Source of the DNA: Omnitrophica bacterium RIFCSPLOWO2_12_FULL_50_11
Lineage (GTDB): Bacteria > Omnitrophota > Omnitrophia > Omnitrophales > Danuiimicrobiaceae
Assembly (NCBI GenBank): GCA_001804315.1
Contig: MHFT01000050.1
Span: 4,600 to 68,599 of the forward strand
Direction of reading: 5' to 3'
Length of the DNA stretch: 64,000 nt
Shown: one piece after another, positions 58,501 to 64,000 of the stretch
Layout of the letters: every line of letters starts with the position of its first letter
Position numbering within the stretch: position 1 is the first letter of the stretch
Notes under the pieces: model-generated
The model's input: the letters and a program-made list of their open reading frames with translations, nothing else
What the model was told of the DNA's origin: nothing
The model's database searches: none
Program-made: the position numbers and the translations under genes

Positions 58501-58879
58501 AGCCCAAGAGCTTTTGCGGCTTGGATACGAGCTTGTGTCGACGCAGGGCACAAGTCGGGTTTTGGAAGCCCACGGTGTAAAAACCGAAGTCGTGAAGAAG
58601 ATTGCTGAAGGGCATCCGAATGTGGCCGACAAAATTCGGGCGAAAGAAATCGGTCTCGTCATTAACACGCCAACCGGTAAGGGGCCGATGTTGGATGAAG
58701 CAAAGATCCGTTCTCTCGCTGTTTCGTTTAACATTCCTTGTATTACGACATTGAACGCAGCCCGCGCCATTGTGCGTGCTGTGAAGTCATTCCGCAAGCG
58801 TGGACTGACTGTCAAGTCACTCCAAGAGTATCACGAATTGAACAGCAACGTCATTGCGAGGACGCAATTCAGGCGATGA
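55562..58879 (+). CDS. carB: Carbamoyl-phosphate synthase large subunit
   Basis: Two ATP-grasp repeats ([21 protein letters not shown] / [22 protein letters not shown]), oligomerisation and MGS-like domains. The last ~10 codons lie inside a family-B repeat. Confidence 0.95.
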   Translation: MPKRTDIKKILIIGSGPIIIGQGCEFDYSGSQACKALREESYQVVLVNSNPATIMTDPEVADRTYIEPITSEVLEQIIERERPDACLATMGGQTGLNTAVEAYEKGIFDRYGVEMIGVNYAAVKKAEDRHEFQQAMQRIGLDLPRSECAYSVEEAIEAAKRIGFPVVVRPSFTLGGSGSGICFNEDSLRRVVRLGLEYSIVREVLIEESVLGWKEYELEVMRDCRDNFVVICSIENFDPMGIHTGDSITVAPAQTLTDKEYQRMRDAARRVISEIGVETGGSNIQFAVHPVTGRMVVIEMNPRVSRSSALASKATGFPIAKFAAKLAVGMTLDEIPNDITKYTPAGFEPSIDYCVVKVPRFAFEKFEGVDDTLSTQMKSVGETMAIGRTFKEALQKGLRGLEIRRSGLGGDGRDEIFGEEISSKEALLKLIDRAKQDEPLREKIAEYLRIPKSDRPFYIKYAFYAGLTSQEIFELTKIDPWFLEQIRQIVEMERELLSVGAHGRAPLLLLRKAKQFGFSDQQIAFYWDQTESDIRALRRAHGIEAVYKLVDTCAAEFKAYTPYFYSTYEEEDESVTSEKKKIMILGGGPNRIGQGIEFDYCCVHAALALKELGYETIMVNSNPETVSTDYDTSDKLFFEPLTLEDVLNIADREKPDGLVVQLGGQTPLNLSSGLEAAGLKILGTSTRSIYMAEDRKQFRALLDKLGVRQPKSETVFTAEEAFQVAQAIGYPVLIRPSFVLGGRAMEIIYDDVQLKKYIRHAVEASDRKPVLIDKFLENAIEVDVDLIGDGKNFVVGGVLEHIEEAGVHSGDAAMALPPFTLSKKLISELKEKTKQLAAELDIVGLMNVQYAIQDGEIYCLEVNPRASRTVPFVSKAIGIPLAKLAAKVMIGKTLKELGFTEEVVPRHFSVKESVFPFVKFPGVDIILSPEMKSTGEVMAIDEDFDLAVYKSQQAAYCSVPVSGRVFISVKDEDKKKVVPVAQELLRLGYELVSTQGTSRVLEAHGVKTEVVKKIAEGHPNVADKIRAKEIGLVINTPTGKGPMLDEAKIRSLAVSFNIPCITTLNAARAIVRAVKSFRKRGLTVKSLQEYHELNSNVIARTQFRR

Positions 58880-58942
58880 CGAAGCAATCTTGCATTCTGA
58901 GATTGCTTCGGCAATGCTCCGGTACGCTGCCTCGCAATGACG
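58849..58942. repeat. Family-B nested inverted-repeat element spanning the carB stop and the pyrK ORF-track start
   Basis: GTCATTGCGAGG 58849-61, GAAGCAATCT 58881-90, AGATTGCTTCGG 58899-910, CCTCGCAATGACGG 58929-42. Confidence 0.85.
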
Positions 58943-59731
58943 GACGTGGATGAAAAGGTCATGTATGACGAAACAGTAACGATTCTTGAGAATCAAAAAG
59001 TGAACGCTCAATATTACAAGCTTGTTTTTTCCTCCAAGCGGATTTCCCGGCGCGTTCGAGCTGGTCAATTCGTCAATCTTCAAGTTGAAGACAGTTCAGA
59101 TCCACTGCTCAGAAGGCCGCTGAGTTACTACCGGGTGCGCAGTGAGCGGGTCGAACTTCTGTATGAAGTGTTAGGGCGGGGCACGGCACTCTTAGCGCAA
59201 AAAAAACGAGGTCACAAAGTTAACGTGTTGGGGCCGCTTGGCCACCCTTTTTCACAGACTCTAAACGGGAAGCGCCGCCTCCTCGTGGGCGGCGGTGTTG
59301 GCGTTCCACCCCTTTTGTTTCTTGCAGAGCACGCCGGTAGGGAAAAGCACGCACCGGTTTTTCTGATTGGCTGTAAGTCAAAGGGCGAAGTACTTCCAAA
59401 GCGGGAACTTTCGAATGTGAAGGGAGAAGTTCTCTACGCCACGGAGGATGGTTCCTACGGCCAAAGAGGACTCGTTACCGTTTTGCTTCAAAAGTTGCTT
59501 GAAAAAGGGGATCCCAAATCGTGGTTTATTCAAACGTGTGGTCCCCATGCGATGCTGGCTGCTGTGATGAAGCTGGCGCGTCAATTTGGCGTTGAAGGCG
59601 AAGCTTCCATTGATGAGCGAATGGCTTGTGGTGTCGGTGCCTGTTTGGGATGTGTTGTCGAGACGAGAGAAGGATTTAAAACGAGCTGTGTAGAAGGCCC
59701 GGTATTTTCATTTCGTGATTTGGTAGGATAG
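58937..59731 (+). CDS. pyrK: Dihydroorotate dehydrogenase electron-transfer subunit PyrK. True start possibly MYDETV at 58961
   Basis: FAD/NAD ferredoxin-reductase fold; C-terminal 2Fe-2S cluster motif CGVGACLGCVV. Confidence 0.85.
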   Translation: MTDVDEKVMYDETVTILENQKVNAQYYKLVFSSKRISRRVRAGQFVNLQVEDSSDPLLRRPLSYYRVRSERVELLYEVLGRGTALLAQKKRGHKVNVLGPLGHPFSQTLNGKRRLLVGGGVGVPPLLFLAEHAGREKHAPVFLIGCKSKGEVLPKRELSNVKGEVLYATEDGSYGQRGLVTVLLQKLLEKGDPKSWFIQTCGPHAMLAAVMKLARQFGVEGEASIDERMACGVGACLGCVVETREGFKTSCVEGPVFSFRDLVG

Positions 59732-59771
59732 GAGCAGCAGAAAGGACAAAAAGGTCGTAATTTGGTGGCAT

Positions 59772-60992
59772 ATGAGTAGACGAAGACGAACGCAAAGACG
59801 GTCTCTGAAGAGGCGAAGCCGGCGAAGACCGAAATTGAGACGTCCATACCGTTTCATGAGAAAACGTCTGCGGAAGATAAGACGTGCGGGAACGAGAAGC
59901 TCAACACGGTCGGAACGTGCAATCTCAGTAGGTGTCGAACTTGAAACGTATTCTATCTCAGTGCCTGAGTACCGGATTTCGCGCGAGCTGCATTTCCCCC
60001 GGCGCGGCATTGCAGAGTTGGGTGAGCGCTTTACGAAAGATGCCAGTATTGGAAGCGAGTACAACAGTAGGGTTTTTTATACCGTTCGGGAAGCGTTCTT
60101 CTTACTTAAAAATGGTCTGCGCAAGTACATTCACTACCGATCCTCGCCCGAAGAACATGATTACCGCACTTTGTTTCCCATTGGGGGATGGACAGACCGA
60201 TTTGCAGGCAGCCACATTCACATGGCGCTTGGAAAGAAAAAGTTTGAGTATCGTCGCGCGCGGTTGCTTGCACGGCGCTTGCACAGCCATATTCCGTTTC
60301 TCATTGCCCTCTGCGGAAATTCACCCGTATGGCGCGACCGGATTACTGCGATCAATTCGAATCGATTGCTCCGCGGGACAGAGAAATATTGCAAGGTAAC
60401 AAGACGGGAGCTCTTGTACAAGCACCACTACCGAGAGCTGACGTATAACGAAGGCGGAAAAAGGAAACCGCCGACTTTGGAAATTCGCGTGTTGGACTCA
60501 GGAATTCCCGAATACGTTGTCGCCGCTATTTGCGTTGTGAAAGCGGTCGCCCTTCAGTGGCTCGAGCGAAAACCGAGCTTAAATCATTTGACCCATGAAG
60601 ATTATCTGAGTGCTCGGGATCAGGCGATCCGGTATGGGCCAAAAGCCAAGCTGTTGTGGAACCGTCATGCACTTACGGTTCCTCAATATGTGGACCTTTT
60701 TTTCCGAAAATATGAAGACGAGCTGGACCAGCTGGCCATCCCGGATGACGTCATCGATGTCTTTAAATATCTCAAGAGAGGATGGAATCAGTCGACCGTG
60801 ATCCGCAGAGCAGCCCAGAAGTCCAGATGGCATCATCGTCCGACTTGGGAACGGCGTTTTGCCAAGAGATACGCAGCTGCTATTCGGGCGCTTCTTGACG
60901 GCAACTCCTATACTGAATTTGCAAAAGCCTTGGGGGTACGGCTCCCGAGCATCGAGCGAACGTGGATGGGTCGTAGAGAATCTAAATGGTGA
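59772..60992 (+). CDS. Carboxylate-amine ligase, glutamate-cysteine ligase family 2 (YbdK-like). The ORF carries a 50-aa Arg/Lys-rich N-terminal tail of uncertain reality
   Basis: SVGVELETYSI (cf. YbdK TLGIELEMQVV); SHIHMALG...HSHIPFLIALCGNSPVW (cf. QHVHVGC...VPHFIALSAASPYM); PTLEIRVLDSG (cf. GTVEVRVMDT). Confidence 0.7.
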   Translation: MSRRRRTQRRSLKRRSRRRPKLRRPYRFMRKRLRKIRRAGTRSSTRSERAISVGVELETYSISVPEYRISRELHFPRRGIAELGERFTKDASIGSEYNSRVFYTVREAFFLLKNGLRKYIHYRSSPEEHDYRTLFPIGGWTDRFAGSHIHMALGKKKFEYRRARLLARRLHSHIPFLIALCGNSPVWRDRITAINSNRLLRGTEKYCKVTRRELLYKHHYRELTYNEGGKRKPPTLEIRVLDSGIPEYVVAAICVVKAVALQWLERKPSLNHLTHEDYLSARDQAIRYGPKAKLLWNRHALTVPQYVDLFFRKYEDELDQLAIPDDVIDVFKYLKRGWNQSTVIRRAAQKSRWHHRPTWERRFAKRYAAAIRALLDGNSYTEFAKALGVRLPSIERTWMGRRESKW

Positions 60993-61058
60993 AAAGGCGG
61001 CGTCATTTCTCGGCACTGCGATGAGCGGCCGCATCTGGATGACAGGTAGGCACAACTC

Positions 61059-61787
61059 ATGAAATACTCGAGGCAGACAGGCAAACCGATCATCGGGATC
61101 AGCTGTGAAGTGATCAAGCTGAAACCGTATTATTTTGAGTTTGAACTTGCCTGTGATTACCGCTACATCCGAGCAATCTTACGGGCTGGCGGAATTCCAC
61201 TCATGCTTCCGATTAATCACAATCCAAGGGATGTGATGAAGCTCCTCCGAACGATCGACGGCCTCCTCATTATCGGAGGTGCCGACATTCCGCCGAGTTT
61301 CTATGGCGAGCGGAATCGGCACAAGATCAAGCCGATGTATCGAGGCCGGATCCGATTTGATATGAAGCTCTACCGAATGGCACAGCACTTGAAACTGCCT
61401 ATTCTTTGTATCTGCTACGGGTTGCAGCTCTTGAATGTGATTTACGGCGGCACTCTTTATCAAGATCTTCAAAAGCAGATGCGTCGTGCAAAGAATCACC
61501 AGTCGAGGCGCCATCCGATGCACACCCTTCACCTTGATCAAAGGTCCAAACTCATTAAAATCTTTAGACATCAGCATTTCATGGTACACAGTCAACATCA
61601 TCAGGCCGTCAAGCGCCTCGGCCGTTCGCTCCGGGCGGTCGGTTATTCGCCAGATGGAGTGGTTGAGGCGGTCGAAGGACCGCCTCGAACGCTTGCCGTC
61701 CAGTGGCATCCGGAGCGCCAAGATCGCGATCCGATCCAGAAACGGCTATTTCGTCGATTCGTAGACGAGTGCCGAAAGCGCAAATGA
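61059..61787 (+). CDS. Peptidase C26 / class-I glutamine-amidotransferase-like gamma-glutamyl hydrolase (PuuD family)
   Basis: IIGGADIPPSFYGE, nucleophile Cys in ICYGLQLLN, HSQHHQAVKRLG (PuuD NSxHHQ motif). Stop overlaps the pyrD ATG (ATGA). Confidence 0.75.
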   Translation: MKYSRQTGKPIIGISCEVIKLKPYYFEFELACDYRYIRAILRAGGIPLMLPINHNPRDVMKLLRTIDGLLIIGGADIPPSFYGERNRHKIKPMYRGRIRFDMKLYRMAQHLKLPILCICYGLQLLNVIYGGTLYQDLQKQMRRAKNHQSRRHPMHTLHLDQRSKLIKIFRHQHFMVHSQHHQAVKRLGRSLRAVGYSPDGVVEAVEGPPRTLAVQWHPERQDRDPIQKRLFRRFVDECRKRK

Positions 61788-62731
61788 GACCAGATTTAAC
61801 GACAAAATTTGCAGGTCTCACGTTCAAAAATCCTGTGACCGTTGCCTCGGGAACTTTTGGTTCCAAAGATGAATATGCCGCCTCCGTTGACTATTCCAAA
61901 TTGGGCGCGGTGGTAACGAAGACCGTGACGCTCCAACCGAGGCAAGGCAATCCCATGCCGCGGATTTGGGAAACGCCGTGCGGCATGCTCAATGCAATTG
62001 GGTTACAAAATAAGGGCGTTGACGATTTCATCGAAAACAAGATTCCATACTTTAAGAAAATAAGGACCCATCTGATTGTCAATATTGCAGGTGAGAGTGT
62101 AGATGATTTCGTGGCCCTTGCGCGAAAGTTGGACCGCGTAAAAGGTGTATCGGCGCTCGAACTTAATATTTCTTGCCCCAATGTGAAGCGAGGTCTTGAG
62201 TTTTGCGCAAAGCCTGAACTGGCCCATGAAGTAGTGGCGGCGGTCAAAGGTGCGACGTCACTGCCGTTCTTTACCAAACTTTCGCCTGAAGCAGGCGATT
62301 TTTTGGGTGTCGCCGAAGCAGTGATTCGAGCGGGCAGTCACGCTTTGAGTCTCATCAATACGATCCGAGGGATGGCTGTGGATATTGAAAAACGCCGCCC
62401 CCAGATTGCCAATGTGTGTGGCGGCTTAAGCGGTCCTGCCATTCGGCCGATCGCGCTTCGTTTTCTGTATGAAGTGAAACGTCACTTTGAGATTCCAGTG
62501 ATGGCGATGGGAGGTATCGCTACGGCGCAAGACGCCCTTGAATTTTTGATTACCGGTGCGGATCTTGTTGCACTTGGTACCGTCAATTTTGTTCATCCCA
62601 AGGCGACGATGGAGGTTCTCAAAGGAATCGAAGCCTATCTGAAAAGGAAAGGTCATCCATCGATTGACGATGTTCGGGGTACCCTTCAAGTCAAATCTGA
62701 GTTTGAAAACCACCACGTGCCCGCGGGTTAA
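61784..62731 (+). CDS. pyrD: Dihydroorotate dehydrogenase catalytic subunit (class 1B, PyrD). Start trimmed to MRPDLTTKFAG
   Basis: LTFKNPVTVASGTFG, NISCPN (catalytic Cys), GGI.T..DALEF. Confidence 0.85.
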   Translation: MRPDLTTKFAGLTFKNPVTVASGTFGSKDEYAASVDYSKLGAVVTKTVTLQPRQGNPMPRIWETPCGMLNAIGLQNKGVDDFIENKIPYFKKIRTHLIVNIAGESVDDFVALARKLDRVKGVSALELNISCPNVKRGLEFCAKPELAHEVVAAVKGATSLPFFTKLSPEAGDFLGVAEAVIRAGSHALSLINTIRGMAVDIEKRRPQIANVCGGLSGPAIRPIALRFLYEVKRHFEIPVMAMGGIATAQDALEFLITGADLVALGTVNFVHPKATMEVLKGIEAYLKRKGHPSIDDVRGTLQVKSEFENHHVPAG

Positions 62732-62751
62732 CCCCGCCGCTTTGAGGGAAA

Positions 62752-63492
62752 ATGGGACGAAAAGACATGCGCGAAAAGAAATCCAATTACAAAGGGCGGA
62801 TCATTGTTGCGCTCGATACGCCGGATCTTGGTTTTGCGAAAAAGCTGGTTCGCATCCTCAAGGACGAGATTAAAATCTTCAAGGTCGGAAGCGAGCTCAT
62901 GACTGCCCATGGTCCGAGAGCGGTCCGGACCGTTCTCGAGTTAGGTGCGGAAGTCTTTTTGGACCTTAAGTTTCATGACATTCCCAATACCGTCGCGCAA
63001 GCAACGCGCGCCGCGGTACGGCTTGGCATTTGCATGCTAAACCTCCACGTAGCGGGGGGCCTTCAAATGATGCAAGAGGCCTGTATTGCTTCTGCAGATG
63101 AGGCACGGAGAAACAATTTAAAGCCGCCCAAACTTCTTGGTGTTACGCTCCTCACGAGCTTAAGCGATGAGGAAGTACACGAGGAAATCGGCCTTCCAAA
63201 ATCGATCAATCGAATTGCCGTTCAATATGCGCAGCTGGCTCAAAAGGCTGGCTTGGACGGCGTCGTCTCCTCTGCGCTGGAAGCAAGAAAGATCAAGACC
63301 CAGTGCGGCCCGAATTTTTTGGTCGTCTCGCCGGGGATTCGGCCGGAATGGGCTGGCCGGGACGATCAGAGGCGCGTTTTGTCACCGCGAGAAGCCTTCG
63401 AGCTTGGCGCGAGTTACATCGTTATCGGTCGTCCGATTACGGAAGCAGACGATCCTGGCAAGGCTATCCGGCAAATTTCAAGAAGTTTGTGA
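62752..63492 (+). CDS. pyrF: Orotidine-5'-phosphate decarboxylase
   Basis: IIVALDTPD, FKVGSEL, DLKFHDIPNTV, GRPI. Confidence 0.85.
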   Translation: MGRKDMREKKSNYKGRIIVALDTPDLGFAKKLVRILKDEIKIFKVGSELMTAHGPRAVRTVLELGAEVFLDLKFHDIPNTVAQATRAAVRLGICMLNLHVAGGLQMMQEACIASADEARRNNLKPPKLLGVTLLTSLSDEEVHEEIGLPKSINRIAVQYAQLAQKAGLDGVVSSALEARKIKTQCGPNFLVVSPGIRPEWAGRDDQRRVLSPREAFELGASYIVIGRPITEADDPGKAIRQISRSL

Positions 63493-63550
63493 CCGTTGCT
63501 GTACCGCTCCTTTTGGCAGGTTGTCTGTGGAGAGCGAATAGGAAACCGCG

Positions 63551-63916
63551 ATGGCGAAGAAGATTTTGGTTATCGACGATGATCCTGATGTAAGAGAGGC
63601 TCTGAAGCTTCGTTTGGAGGCGAGCGGCTATCATGTCGTGACGGCTACAGGCGGGATCAGTGGATTAAAAGTTTTTGAAGAGACACAACCGGATCTCATC
63701 CTGCTCGATGTTGCCATGCCCGACATGGATGGATACGCGTTTATCAAAACCTTTAAGGCGAAGTATTTCGGTCGATACGTCCCCATCATCGTGTTGACAG
63801 GGAAGGATAGCATGAAAGATGTGTTTGAGTTGGAAGGTGCTAGAGCCTATCTCACCAAACCTTGCGATCCTGGTGAATTGGTTCAGACGATACAGAACCT
63901 TTTAAGGTCACGCTAA
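63551..63916 (+). CDS. Stand-alone response-regulator receiver (CheY-like) domain protein
   Basis: KILVIDDDPDVRE (acidic pocket), phospho-acceptor LDVAMPDMDG, T...K...P (LTGKDS...KP). Confidence 0.75.
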   Translation: MAKKILVIDDDPDVREALKLRLEASGYHVVTATGGISGLKVFEETQPDLILLDVAMPDMDGYAFIKTFKAKYFGRYVPIIVLTGKDSMKDVFELEGARAYLTKPCDPGELVQTIQNLLRSR

Positions 63917-64000
63917 GCGATGGTCTATCGGTTTTTCTTTTCTCTTTTTGTCGTCTTCGCTGCTGGTGCCTCGGGCGTTCAACTCGAAGCGTCTCCAGTT

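Overview
This is a 64 kb stretch of a bacterial chromosome, about 50-52% GC. The taxon is unknown. The gene content (yacL-ispDF-gltX-cysS, tmk-holB-metG-tatD, plus an LptF/G permease) points to a diderm outside the common model phyla. Almost all of it is syntenic housekeeping genes on the + strand. These are yacL-like PIN/TRAM, ispDF, gltX, cysS, tmk, holB, metG, tatD, typA, thiL, tsaE, tsaB, alr, birA, coaX, msrAB, groEL then groES, a CBS-less IMPDH, guaA, dnaE, hup, csp, rsmE, mtaB, cvpA, mpg, dnaG, rpoD, tRNA-Met(CAT), lptF/G, RNase P RNA, and a pyrimidine operon pyrR-pyrB-pyrC-carA-carB-pyrK-[2 inserted genes]-pyrD-pyrF. One minus-strand accessory islet lies at 11.2-17.4 kb. It holds a higB-higA-ORF90 toxin-antitoxin module, a GT4 glycosyltransferase/six-hairpin-glycosidase fusion with a GH130 phosphorylase, and a class II Fic protein. 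The most unusual content is not coding. At least three families of small palindromic (REP/MITE-like) elements sit exactly on gene junctions, and their termini (ATGATCCCCC..., ...CCTCGCAATGACGG) supply stop and start codons. A ~200-bp element made of five to seven consecutive perfect hairpins is present in two copies. Other oddities are a carboxylate-amine ligase (GCS2/YbdK) plus C26 gamma-glutamyl hydrolase pair inserted into the pyr operon, two paralogous standalone TM-HAMP proteins in tandem, reversed groEL-groES order under two CIRCE elements, and an unannotated 55-aa zinc-ribbon gene with a perfect RBS. All calls rest on motif-level reading of the translations and sequence. No database search was possible.
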